A program made the translations under genes and the position numbers. The notes beneath the pieces were generated by a model. That model saw nothing but the letters and a program-made list of their open reading frames with translations, was not told the DNA's origin and searched no databases. 64,000 nt of DNA, taken from the NCBI GenBank assembly GCA_050949045.1, contig JBMNEZ010000001.1:1120001-1184000 (forward strand). The letters run 5' to 3'. The stretch is from Candidatus Izemoplasmatales bacterium. Lineage in GTDB: Bacteria; Bacillota_I; Bacilli_A; Izemoplasmatales; Hujiaoplasmataceae. This document shows positions 29,759 to 39,215 of the stretch, one piece after another (the first letter of the stretch is position 1; every line of letters starts with the position of its first letter).

Positions 29759-30265
29759 CTAGGATAATACCACTTGTTCGATTCCGTCGGTCTCCATAAA
29801 ATTGACTTGTACTTTTTCGCTACGGCTCGTCGGAATATTTTTGCCTACGTAATTGGCAGCTATCGGCAATTCCCGATGACCCCTGTCGATTAAGATCGCC
29901 AGTTGGATCAATGCAGGCCTGCCGATCTCGATGATTGCATCGAGCGCCGCGCGGATGGTTCTTCCGGTGTAAAGAACATCATCGATCAAGATGACTGTTT
30001 TTCCCGAAATGTCGATACTTGGCAACTCTTTGGGCAATGGCTCTTTCAAATCATCGCGGAAAGGACGGACATTCAGCGGTTCAAAAGGGAGTTTGACGCC
30101 TTCGATCGCCTCGATATTGGCGACAATCCGTTTGCCCAAGATGATTCCCCGGGACTTGATCCCGAAGACGATGATATTTGACAAGTCGCGGTTTTTTTCG
30201 ATGATTTCGTAGGAAATCCGACGAATGGTGCGTTCCATCGTGTTCTGATCCAGGATAATCTTCAT
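29759..30265 (-). CDS. pyrR: PyrR regulator / uracil phosphoribosyltransferase
   Basis: RISYEIIE, LIDDVLYTGRTIRAA, DRGHRELPI. Confidence 0.96.
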   Translation of the reverse strand: MKIILDQNTMERTIRRISYEIIEKNRDLSNIIVFGIKSRGIILGKRIVANIEAIEGVKLPFEPLNVRPFRDDLKEPLPKELPSIDISGKTVILIDDVLYTGRTIRAALDAIIEIGRPALIQLAILIDRGHRELPIAANYVGKNIPTSRSEKVQVNFMETDGIEQVVLS

Positions 30266-30294
30266 GACAATCTCCTTTTACTAATATTTTTGAC

Positions 30295-31167
30295 TCAAGA
30301 TTCAGTTAATGAGCGCTTTAAGACAGCCATTCGGACAAACACACCGTTATGCATTTGTGCCATAATCCTGCTCTTGGGGCATTCAACCGCATAGTTTGAT
30401 ATTTCCACACCGCGGTTGAAAGGCGCGGGATGCATGATGATTGCGTGTTCTTTCATTTTGTGCACGCGCTCTTCGGTCAAGCCAAATTCCTCATAATACT
30501 TTTCTCGACTGAGCGACAAGTCATAGCCGTGCCGTTCAAATTGGACCCGGAGCATCATGATGATGTCCATTTCCTGGAGCGCTTCCTCAAAATCGATGTA
30601 AGGAGCGCAATTGTCGTTGAAAGTTTCGGGTCCGGAGATATGGACATCCATCCCCATTCGGCTCATGATATCGATGTTGGTGTGGGCAACCCGCGAATGG
30701 CGGATGTCACCTACAATCGCGACCTTTAGTCCGGAAAAGCCCCCGAACTCCTCCTTGATCGTCATCAAGTCGAGCAGGCTTTGGGTTGGATGATTTCCGG
30801 TTCCGTCGCCTCCGGAGATGATCGGAATATTGATGTTTTCCAGTTCCAGGAAGTAGTTGTTGGCAGGGTGGCGGACAACGATTGCGTCCATGCCGATCAT
30901 TTCAAACGTCTTCAGGGTGTCATAAAGGCTCTCGCCTTTTTTGATCGATGACAATTCGGTGTTGAAGTTGATCGGCAACATCCCCAGTTTGCTTTCCGCG
31001 ACCATGAATGAATATTGCGTCCTTGTCGAAGGCTCAAAAAAGGCATTCACCACTCGCTTCCCGGCAAGATCTTGAAACTCCATTCCGTTTTTGAAACGCT
31101 TGGACTCATCCAAAATCCGGAGGCATTCATCAACCCCCATGTCAGTCAGTCTAAACAGGTTCTTCAT
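30295..31167 (-). CDS. pyrB: Aspartate carbamoyltransferase
   Basis: FFEPSTRT, HPTQSLLD, LRVQFER, MHPAP; start set at MKNLF. Confidence 0.96.
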   Translation of the reverse strand: MKNLFRLTDMGVDECLRILDESKRFKNGMEFQDLAGKRVVNAFFEPSTRTQYSFMVAESKLGMLPINFNTELSSIKKGESLYDTLKTFEMIGMDAIVVRHPANNYFLELENINIPIISGGDGTGNHPTQSLLDLMTIKEEFGGFSGLKVAIVGDIRHSRVAHTNIDIMSRMGMDVHISGPETFNDNCAPYIDFEEALQEMDIIMMLRVQFERHGYDLSLSREKYYEEFGLTEERVHKMKEHAIIMHPAPFNRGVEISNYAVECPKSRIMAQMHNGVFVRMAVLKRSLTES

Positions 31168-31169
31168 TG

Positions 31170-31260
31170 AAAAAACCCCTCTCCGGCCTGTGGCGAAAAA
31201 GGGTTTTGGCAATAGCGATATTTACGATCCCCTTGTCGGTCTCACAGGACCAACTTAAAG
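31170..31260 (-). promoter_or_regulatory. PyrR-binding RNA loop plus attenuator hairpin
   Basis: Minus strand CTTTAAgttGGTCCTGTGAGACCgacAAGG (31229..31260), matching the ARUCCNGNGAGGYU-type loop; followed by aaaaccctttttc...ggagaggggtttttt. Confidence 0.85.
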
Positions 31261-31275
31261 TTTATCTTCCTGTGC

Positions 31276-31304
31276 ATTATAACTTGCTTTGAATAGCATG
31301 TCAA
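31276..31304 (-). promoter_or_regulatory. Consensus sigma-A promoter of the pyr operon
   Basis: TTGACA-17-TATAAT exact match. Confidence 0.85.
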
Positions 31305-31422
31305 GAGTCTTTGAATTTTTTTGATTCCGGTCAATCATTTCCTTATTTTCATTATACGATATTGAATCGTATTGTGGTATAATTAGGTCAAATAACTATA
31401 AAAGAAAAGGACTGAGAAATTG

Positions 31423-33528
31423 ATGAATATCACTTTGGCAATCGTATTCAGTATTGTTGTGTCTTTTGGTGCTTTTTTGTTGGCTGGATGGCTGTATCTG
31501 TGGATCAAAAAACAAGAGAGCGTCAATGTCAAAATCAATTCGATCGGGGCGCTCATCAAAAGCGGTGCCAACACATTCTTAAGAAAAGAATATACGATCC
31601 TTGCGAAATTCGCTTTGGTTGCTTTTGTCATTATTGTTGTGTTTTTACCAAAGCCGATTTTCAACCAACCTGATTTTAAGTCAATCCTTAATGGCAACAT
31701 CATGATGGGCTTTGCCTATCTCTTCGGGACTGTTTTTAGCGCTCTGGCCGGCAAAATCGGAATCTTTGTGGCGACGATCGCCAACATGAAGACGGCCGAA
31801 GCCGCCACCAAGGGCATCGCCCCCAGCTTTCTGAGCGGGTTCAGGGGCGGAGCCGTCATGGGGATGGCAGTAGTCGGATCGAGTCTGCTCGGCATTTCTT
31901 TGTTCTTCCTCATCACCAAGAATCCAACGATGCTTTTAGGCTTCAGTTTTGGAGCTTCCTCACTGGCTTTATTTGCAAAAGCGGGTGGTGGGATTTATAC
32001 TAAGACCGCCGATATCAGCGCCGACCTTGTCGGAAAAGTCGAACTCGGGATTCCCGAGGACGATCCCAGAAATCCGGCTGTCATCGCTGACAATGTCGGT
32101 GACAACGTCGGCGACGTTGCCGGCATGGGCGCGGATCTTTTCGACTCGCACGTCGCTTCTTTGGCCGCAGCCTTGGTCATGGGCGCTTCAATCGACGCTA
32201 CGATTGCCCTGCCTGCCGTCGGTAAAAACGTCGAAATGGTCTTCGTCTTTGCGGCGATTGGCCTGTTGTCTTCAATCATCGGCGTTGCCTTTGCCAAAAT
32301 GGGCAAGAGTGGCAACCCGACAAGAGCACTCAATCTCAGTACTTATATCACAACCGGCATCTTCGCCTTGTTATCCGCGTTTGCGACCTTGATCCGGGGT
32401 TACGAATGGCGTTTGTATCTGGTCACTGTTCTCGGTTTGCTCGTCGGTGTCATTATCGGCATCACAACCGACTATTTCACGAACGATACTAAAAAACCGG
32501 TCCAAAAAGTCGCCGAAGCCAGCAAAAGCGGGCCCGCCTTCACTATCATCTCGGGTACCTCTTACGGTTTTCTTTCAGTGCTGCCCGCGATGGTCGGGAT
32601 CGCCATCAGCGCTTTTGCCTCTTATAAGATCGCCGAACCTCTGGGTCCGGGATATCCCCTCTTCGGCATCTCGATCGCCGCTGTCGGAATGCTCTCGATC
32701 GTCGGGATGATCATCTCGAACGACGCTTACGGACCCATCGTCGACAATGCCAGAGGCTTGGCTGAAATGGGAGGCCTGGGCGATGAAGTCATCAGGATCA
32801 CCGATGAACTGGATTCGGCTGGCAACACCGTCAAAGCCGTAACCAAAGGCTTCGCGATCGGCGCGGCCGGTCTCACCGTTATTTCTCTCTTGGGCGCTTT
32901 CATCAGCGAGGTCAACGACGCCGCCGTCGAATTAGGCGTTCCCGGCATCGCTGGTTTTGACATCATGAATCCCTCCGTCTTCTTCGGCCTTTTGATCGGT
33001 GCGGCCATCCCGGCTGTCTTCTCGAGTTTATTGATGCTCGGCGTCAACCGCAACGCCGAAAGAATGGTGGCTGAGATCCACCGCCAGTTTGAAGAGATTC
33101 CTGGACTCAAAGAAGGCAAGGAAGGCGTCATGCCTGAATCCGATAAATGTATCGATATCGCTACCGACGGCGCGTTAAAAGAACTGTTGCCGGCGGGAGC
33201 GTTCGTAATCATCGTTACGATTATCGTTGGCCTTGTCGGCGGCGTTCTCGCCATCGGCGGCTATCTGGCAGGTAATATCGTCTCCGGAGTACTGTTGGCG
33301 CTCTTCATGTCCAACTCCGGTGGGCTTTGGGACAACGGCAAGAAATATATCGAGGCCGGCAATTTTGGCGGAAAAGGCTCGGATGCCCATAAGGCAGCCG
33401 TTGTCGGCGATACTGTGGGCGACCCATTCAAAGACACCGCCGGCCCTTCGATCAACACCCAGATCACCGTTGTCAGCTTGGTCGCCAGTCTCTTCGCAAT
33501 CATATTCTTAACTTACCATTTATTCTAA
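31423..33528 (+). CDS. hppA: Membrane-integral pyrophosphatase (H+ or Na+ pump)
   Basis: GGGIYTKTAD.SADLVGKVE, EDDPRNP, DNVGDNVGD, GDTVGDPFKD; about 16 TM. Confidence 0.95.
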   Translation: MNITLAIVFSIVVSFGAFLLAGWLYLWIKKQESVNVKINSIGALIKSGANTFLRKEYTILAKFALVAFVIIVVFLPKPIFNQPDFKSILNGNIMMGFAYLFGTVFSALAGKIGIFVATIANMKTAEAATKGIAPSFLSGFRGGAVMGMAVVGSSLLGISLFFLITKNPTMLLGFSFGASSLALFAKAGGGIYTKTADISADLVGKVELGIPEDDPRNPAVIADNVGDNVGDVAGMGADLFDSHVASLAAALVMGASIDATIALPAVGKNVEMVFVFAAIGLLSSIIGVAFAKMGKSGNPTRALNLSTYITTGIFALLSAFATLIRGYEWRLYLVTVLGLLVGVIIGITTDYFTNDTKKPVQKVAEASKSGPAFTIISGTSYGFLSVLPAMVGIAISAFASYKIAEPLGPGYPLFGISIAAVGMLSIVGMIISNDAYGPIVDNARGLAEMGGLGDEVIRITDELDSAGNTVKAVTKGFAIGAAGLTVISLLGAFISEVNDAAVELGVPGIAGFDIMNPSVFFGLLIGAAIPAVFSSLLMLGVNRNAERMVAEIHRQFEEIPGLKEGKEGVMPESDKCIDIATDGALKELLPAGAFVIIVTIIVGLVGGVLAIGGYLAGNIVSGVLLALFMSNSGGLWDNGKKYIEAGNFGGKGSDAHKAAVVGDTVGDPFKDTAGPSINTQITVVSLVASLFAIIFLTYHLF

Positions 33529-33598
33529 AAATTATAAACTAACAAAAATCTGCATAACAAATTGCATAATCTAAATAATTGAGTAAAGGAGGAAATTC

Positions 33599-34915
33599 AT
33601 GAAGTATTTTGACCAGATCCCCAGCATCAAATACGAGGGAGCGAAAAGTCTCAATCCTTTTGCTTTCAAATATTATGACCCCGATGAAGTCATCTTGGGA
33701 AAACCGATGAAAGAGCACCTCAAATTTTCAATGGCTTACTGGCACACCATGACCGGAGAAGGCGTCGATCCTTTTGGGCAAGCGACCATGGAGCGCGATT
33801 GGGACGCTTGCGGCGATCCGATCGAAAAAGCAAAAATCCGTGTCAAAGCTGCCTTTGAGTTGATGGAAAAACTCAGGCTCGAATACTTCTGTTTCCATGA
33901 CCGCGACCTCGCTCCCGAACAGGAAACCCTGGCTGAGACCAACCGTGTCCTTGATGAAGTTGTCGATCTCATTGAAAAAGAAATGAAACGAACCAAGATC
34001 AAGTTGCTTTGGGGAACCGCCAATCTGTTTTCCAACAAACGTTTCGTCAACGGAGCCAGCACGAGTCCGAATGCCGATGTCTTCGCCTACGCTGCCGCGC
34101 AGGTCAAGAAAGCTCTCGAAATTACCAAGAGGCTGAAAGGCAGCGGTTACGTCTTCTGGGGCGGCCGTGAAGGCTATGAGACCTTGCTCAACACCGATCT
34201 GAAACTGGAACAGGATAACCTTGCCCGCTTTTTCCACATGGCTGTCGATTATGCAAAAGAAATCGGCTTTAAGGGACAATTCTATATTGAACCAAAACCA
34301 AAAGAGCCAACCAAGCACCAATACGATTTTGACAGCGCGACTGTTATCTCCTTCCTCCGTCAATACGGGCTCGACAAGCATTTCAAACTCAACATCGAAA
34401 CCAACCACGCAACGCTTGCCGGCCACACAATGAACCATGAGCTCCGTCTGGCCGCCGACAATGGTTTGCTGGGAAGCATCGATGCCAACCAGGGCGATCT
34501 GCTTCTAGGCTGGGATACGGATCAATTCCCAACAGACATTTATGATGCGGTGTTCGTCATGTACGAAGTTCTCCGTATGGGCGGCTTTACCACGGGCGGT
34601 TTGAATTTTGACGCCAAGGTCAGGCGCTCCTCATTTACCAAAAAAGATTTGATCCTTGCCCATATCGTCGGCATGGACACTTATGCCGCCGGACTCAGGA
34701 TTGCCGCAAGGCTCTGGAAAGACCAAGTGCTGGAAAACAACCTCAAGGCTCGTTATCAAAGCTATCGCCACGGCATCGGGAAAGACATCGTCGAAGGTAA
34801 GGTCGGCTTCAAGGAACTTTCTGAATATGTGTTGTCCAAAAAAGAACTTGCCAAAAACGAACCGGGAAAACAGGAATTGCTTGAAGCGATCATCAACCAG
34901 TACATCATCGGGTAA
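33599..34915 (+). CDS. xylA: Xylose isomerase (class II)
   Basis: [44 protein letters not shown]. Confidence 0.97.
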   Translation: MKYFDQIPSIKYEGAKSLNPFAFKYYDPDEVILGKPMKEHLKFSMAYWHTMTGEGVDPFGQATMERDWDACGDPIEKAKIRVKAAFELMEKLRLEYFCFHDRDLAPEQETLAETNRVLDEVVDLIEKEMKRTKIKLLWGTANLFSNKRFVNGASTSPNADVFAYAAAQVKKALEITKRLKGSGYVFWGGREGYETLLNTDLKLEQDNLARFFHMAVDYAKEIGFKGQFYIEPKPKEPTKHQYDFDSATVISFLRQYGLDKHFKLNIETNHATLAGHTMNHELRLAADNGLLGSIDANQGDLLLGWDTDQFPTDIYDAVFVMYEVLRMGGFTTGGLNFDAKVRRSSFTKKDLILAHIVGMDTYAAGLRIAARLWKDQVLENNLKARYQSYRHGIGKDIVEGKVGFKELSEYVLSKKELAKNEPGKQELLEAIINQYIIG

Positions 34916-34922
34916 TTGGCGT

Positions 34923-36392
34923 ATGTATATCGGCGTCGATCTCGGCACTTCCTCTGTCAAATTGGTTCTGGTTGACAAATCCGGTGCTATTATCAAAAGC
35001 GCTTCACGCTCATACCCGATCCATCTGCCAAAGCCATCTTGGACCGAACAGAATCCAAACGACTGGTACAGCGAAACGCTTAATTGCCTCAGGGAGATAG
35101 TCAAGGGCTACGAGCATAATATCGAAGGGATCGGCTTCTCCGGACAAATGCACGGTCTGGTGATGCTTGATGCCTCCGACAAAGTCTTGCGTAACGCGCT
35201 TCTCTGGAACGATCAAAGAACCGTCCGGGAAGTCGATTATCTGAATAAAGAAATTGGCATTCAAAAACTGTTAAAGTACACCGGTAACATCGCCATGACG
35301 GGCATGACCGCCCCCAAGATCATGTGGGTCAAAGCCAATGAACCGGAAATCTTCAAACGCGTTAAGAAGATCATGTTGCCAAAAGATTACCTGATCTACA
35401 AATTATCCGGCATCTTCGCAAGCGATGTCTCCGATCTGTCAGGAACGCTTTTCTTCAACCCTGCCACAAGATCCTATTCTCAGGAAATGCTAAAAATTCT
35501 TGGCATCACCGAATCGACACTGCCGAAGGTTTATGAGAGTTATCAGGTTGTAGGCCTTCTTAAAGACGACATCCGGCTCGACCTCGGGATTACGAACGAA
35601 GTGAAAATCATCGCCGGGGGCGGTGACCAACCGGTCGGCGCCATCGGCACCGGCATCGTCGACGATGGCGGTTGTAGCGTCTCTTTGGGCACAAGCGGCG
35701 TCATCTTCGTCGCTTCGGAAAAATTCCGCGTCGACCACCAAAGCCATTTTCAGTCCGGAGTCCACGCGAGCGGTGATTACCTCGTCATGGCCGTGATGTT
35801 GAATGCAGCGGGCACCATCAAATGGTGGAACGAGGTCATTAACGACAATATCGATTACGCCGCTTTCTACGACGCTGTAGAAACGGGAAACCCTGACGAA
35901 TCGCTCTTTTTCCTTCCCTATCTCTCTGGAGAAAGAGCTCCTATCAACGATCCCTATGCCAAAGGTGTTATGTTCGGCCTGGCAAGCCATCACCAAAAGA
36001 AAGATCTCGACAGGGCGATCCTTGAAGGAGTAACCTTCGCCCTGAAACAATCGTTTCTTGCGATCAAAGATCTGGGCATTCCGATCACCTCGGTCCGCCT
36101 GACGGGCGGAGGTGCCAAAAGCGATGTCTGGGCGCAAATGATCGCTGACATCTTCCTGGTCAACGTCGAGAAGATTTCCGTTGAAGAGGGTCCCGCCCTC
36201 GGAGCCGCCATCCTGGCGATGGTCGGCTGTGGTTTGTATCCCTCGCCAAAAGAAGCCGCCAAGGCGATTGTCAGTATTCAGAAAGCCTTTGTCCCAAACA
36301 ACAAAAAAAGCGATACATACCAAAAGAAGTATTGGAAGTTTGCCAAACTGTATCCTTGCATAAAGGATTTGTATCGAGATTTTTATTCTTGA
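34923..36392 (+). CDS. xylB: Xylulokinase
   Basis: IGVDLGTSSVK, SGQMHG, LWNDQR, LGTSG, PYLSGER, GGGAKS; start at the ATG 7 nt after the xylA stop. Confidence 0.95.
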   Translation: MYIGVDLGTSSVKLVLVDKSGAIIKSASRSYPIHLPKPSWTEQNPNDWYSETLNCLREIVKGYEHNIEGIGFSGQMHGLVMLDASDKVLRNALLWNDQRTVREVDYLNKEIGIQKLLKYTGNIAMTGMTAPKIMWVKANEPEIFKRVKKIMLPKDYLIYKLSGIFASDVSDLSGTLFFNPATRSYSQEMLKILGITESTLPKVYESYQVVGLLKDDIRLDLGITNEVKIIAGGGDQPVGAIGTGIVDDGGCSVSLGTSGVIFVASEKFRVDHQSHFQSGVHASGDYLVMAVMLNAAGTIKWWNEVINDNIDYAAFYDAVETGNPDESLFFLPYLSGERAPINDPYAKGVMFGLASHHQKKDLDRAILEGVTFALKQSFLAIKDLGIPITSVRLTGGGAKSDVWAQMIADIFLVNVEKISVEEGPALGAAILAMVGCGLYPSPKEAAKAIVSIQKAFVPNNKKSDTYQKKYWKFAKLYPCIKDLYRDFYS

Positions 36393-36396
36393 ATAG

Positions 36397-36427
36397 AAAA
36401 AGGTGATGTCGCAATCACCTTTTTTTT
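36397..36427 (+). terminator. Terminator after xylB
   Basis: aaaaaggtgat-gtcgca-atcaccttttttt. Confidence 0.8.
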
Positions 36428-36528
36428 CGTTGATTTTGGCCTTATAGAACCAAGTTAAAATGAATCTTTATCCGTTATGGTCCACACAAAACTACGTTAA
36501 GATGTTTTCAATGCTCGGAAACAGCCGA

Positions 36529-36570
36529 ATAAAAAGCGCATCGGTCAAGATGAACTCTTGAGATGCGCTT
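36529..36570 (-). terminator. Terminator of lipoprotein gene
   Basis: aagcgcatc..tcaaga/tcttga..gatgcgctt with a minus-strand T tract. Confidence 0.6.
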
Positions 36571-36593
36571 GGTTTTATTAAAACTAATATCTA

Positions 36594-38888
36594 TTATGCA
36601 GGAAGAACATCGGCGAAGAATTCCATAAAACTGTTAGGAAAGGCGCTGATGCGATTCTTTTGTTCTTGTGTTATGGAAGCCTTGTTATAGGTGCGGAATA
36701 CATTGACTTCGGTGACAAAGAAATTGAAGGCATCGACAGCGGCTTGTTCGAACAGCGCCGCATCGATTGGCTCTTCAAGCTCAAAACTCATCATAAAGAT
36801 AAAGTCTACTAAGTTTTCCGCATCAAAGACAGAGGCAATCATCGCTAGAACATTTGCCTTCTCTGCCGGCGTTAGAATCTTCGCAACATGATCCGAGACA
36901 AATATTGCTTGCACGACCATCTCGTATTCCCCATCGTTTTCTATCCAGTAATCATTGTTAGAACGATAATCTTCACCATATAAAGTAACATAATGAGAGT
37001 TGACATCCTCAATCACGGCTTTCACCCCGTCGATGACATTCTTGTCAACCATGTAACCGATTCCGTCCTGTCCGAGTTTTAACAGCATTGGGAGAATTTT
37101 GACAAGCAATTTTTCAGCATCATCGACGATATCATCGATGTTTTCCGGAAGTTCGCTTTCTTCCGCGTCAGCCAACAGCAAATCCGGGATTTCGAGCGAT
37201 AACAGGAAGGAACTGATGTCATTAGCATCTTCAGCAGTCAGATCTTCAATAACTGCATCCAGAACAATCAGCAATTGCTTGACGATATTCATGTTCGCAA
37301 GTGTTTTTGCGTGTTCGTATTCTGTTCCGTTGTCATACTCTACGTTCAAAGCGTAGTTGCCGTAATAATCTATGTAGTCACCTTTATCGCTGTCCCACTC
37401 CCACTCACTATAGAATTGTTGGTCGATGATTATTGTTCTCATTAATTCACCGTCGGTTTCGATCAAGACATCCAAAACCTGCTCAAGCGAGACGAAAAAG
37501 AGATCAATTACATCGCTGGTGGCTTCATATTCAAGATTGAGCATCACATTCAACATTATGAATGACGCCATGTCCATGCCCATTCCCTCTTCAAAGCCTT
37601 CTCCTTCGAATTGAGCACTGAGCTCGTCGATCATGTAGTTGAAGAGAGCGGCTTTTTCCTGAGCGGAGAAGACATTGTCGATTTGATTCAGCAATGCCTC
37701 ATTCGAATCCAAAAAGGTGCGGACATATTTAAGGGTGAGAACGATGGCGTCGACCGGGGCAAAGTAAGTATCTTCGAGTACTGAAATCTCCTTAAGTTTG
37801 TCAATATAAGTAGCGTCAATGGTGTCGATAAGGGCGATCATCGCCTGAAAAGCCAGTCTGGTCTGAGTTGCGGATTTAACCTCATAGGAAACTACGGGCA
37901 AGGTGTACTCTATTCCCGACATCGCCTCGGATAATGCCATCAGGCAATTATAGACCAAGACAAGCTGATCGGTCGTGGGCAAATTTTCCGTCAAAATGTC
38001 GACGATCTCGTCTTTTACAATTATGACTTCGGCTGTGTTGAGCGATTGGATATCTTCCGTTTCCGCCAAAGCCATGATTTTTGCCAAGAAATCATCGGTG
38101 ATATCTTCCTGAAATGCGATGAAATACTCCAGTGTTGTCACGATGGCAAGCACGACTGTATCGGGATCTTCTTCGATCATTTCGATCAATCCTTGATACA
38201 TATCCGCTTCCTCAGGATACGCTCCCTCGGCCATCGCTTCGAGGTAGTCCGGCAGCAGGGCAACCACGACACCGCTGACAAGAGCTTCTAAATCGACATC
38301 CTCAGCGAGAAGCTGCTTGATTAAAGCGTTGCCAACCGCCGGGTCATCAACATCCTCCAAACCCTCAACGAATGTTTCAAATGCCGCGACGGCGCTTTCG
38401 AACTCGGTTGCGCTCATTCCTTTACGGACCAATTCCTCCGCAAAACCCGAATCGGCTGCGATGCCGAGATCAGCCAACTGTGTCTTGATTGCGCTGACTT
38501 GCGCGACAGCATTGGCCTGATAGGCAACCGATACGCTCAAAACCGAATCTTCTTTTCCTGTCGAGGCCTTCGCCTTGACTTTGAAGACCAGTTTGTCTCC
38601 CGTTAGCGAAGTGAAATCATATGACGTCGTCGAAACTGTCGCTTTTGCGACATCGTTGACATAAACGACATATCCTGTAGCTCCGGGCACAGCTTCCCAA
38701 CTCAACACTTGCCCGGTTATTTTCAAACCTTTGGGCGCATCGATCTGTTCGGCGACCGGTGTCGGTGTATATGTGGTGGTTGTTCTCACTGTTGGTTTTG
38801 TGGTTGTTTCTTCCTTACATCCAAGCAAAACAAAGCCTGCGATTAAGAGCATTCCCACAGTAAGTAATTTTCTGATTGTAATTTTCAT
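36594..38888 (-). CDS. Large acidic lipoprotein with N-terminal FN3-like domain
   Basis: Lipobox LLG|C, Thr-rich linker, APKGL...LSWEAVPGATGYVVY segment, then an acidic helical region; AAGGAGG RBS. Confidence 0.75.
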   Translation of the reverse strand: MKITIRKLLTVGMLLIAGFVLLGCKEETTTKPTVRTTTTYTPTPVAEQIDAPKGLKITGQVLSWEAVPGATGYVVYVNDVAKATVSTTSYDFTSLTGDKLVFKVKAKASTGKEDSVLSVSVAYQANAVAQVSAIKTQLADLGIAADSGFAEELVRKGMSATEFESAVAAFETFVEGLEDVDDPAVGNALIKQLLAEDVDLEALVSGVVVALLPDYLEAMAEGAYPEEADMYQGLIEMIEEDPDTVVLAIVTTLEYFIAFQEDITDDFLAKIMALAETEDIQSLNTAEVIIVKDEIVDILTENLPTTDQLVLVYNCLMALSEAMSGIEYTLPVVSYEVKSATQTRLAFQAMIALIDTIDATYIDKLKEISVLEDTYFAPVDAIVLTLKYVRTFLDSNEALLNQIDNVFSAQEKAALFNYMIDELSAQFEGEGFEEGMGMDMASFIMLNVMLNLEYEATSDVIDLFFVSLEQVLDVLIETDGELMRTIIIDQQFYSEWEWDSDKGDYIDYYGNYALNVEYDNGTEYEHAKTLANMNIVKQLLIVLDAVIEDLTAEDANDISSFLLSLEIPDLLLADAEESELPENIDDIVDDAEKLLVKILPMLLKLGQDGIGYMVDKNVIDGVKAVIEDVNSHYVTLYGEDYRSNNDYWIENDGEYEMVVQAIFVSDHVAKILTPAEKANVLAMIASVFDAENLVDFIFMMSFELEEPIDAALFEQAAVDAFNFFVTEVNVFRTYNKASITQEQKNRISAFPNSFMEFFADVLPA

Positions 38889-39215
38889 AATACCCTCCTT
38901 ATTCATTTTTTACCTTTTCAATTATTCTTGTGTTTTTTTGGGACAAACTATAACCCTAAATCAATTTTACAAATTTTTGTCGATCACATGGGGAAAGATT
39001 GTAATTACCCGCCCAAACATAATCATGGTGTTACTATCGAAACCGTTTGTTCAAATATCATACCAATTAAATTACATTAATAGCATAGCACACTTGATTT
39101 TTTATTACAATATCCATACAAACCTTCTTAATTTTTGTTAATAATAATGTCTTGGTTGGAATCGAATTACAAATCCGAAAGAGCGCCTAATATCACAATG
39201 AAAATCTTAGTGAGG

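Noticed and set aside
33515..33575. Possible XylR operator (AAACTAAC half-site) and TGCATAA direct repeat before xylA
   Set aside because: Only one half-site matches in AT-rich sequence, so it is not distinguishable from chance.
34656..34922. N-terminal extension of xylB overlapping xylA
   Set aside because: Xylulokinase homology starts at MYIGVDLG (34923); the extension is an open alternative frame of xylA.
33728..36323. Long antisense ORFs (236 aa and 277 aa) over xylA/xylB
   Set aside because: Shadow frames expected from codon bias; no motifs.
38900..39215. Riboswitch (e.g. c-di-GMP) in the long leader of the lipoprotein gene
   Set aside because: No recognisable aptamer motifs or terminator hairpin.
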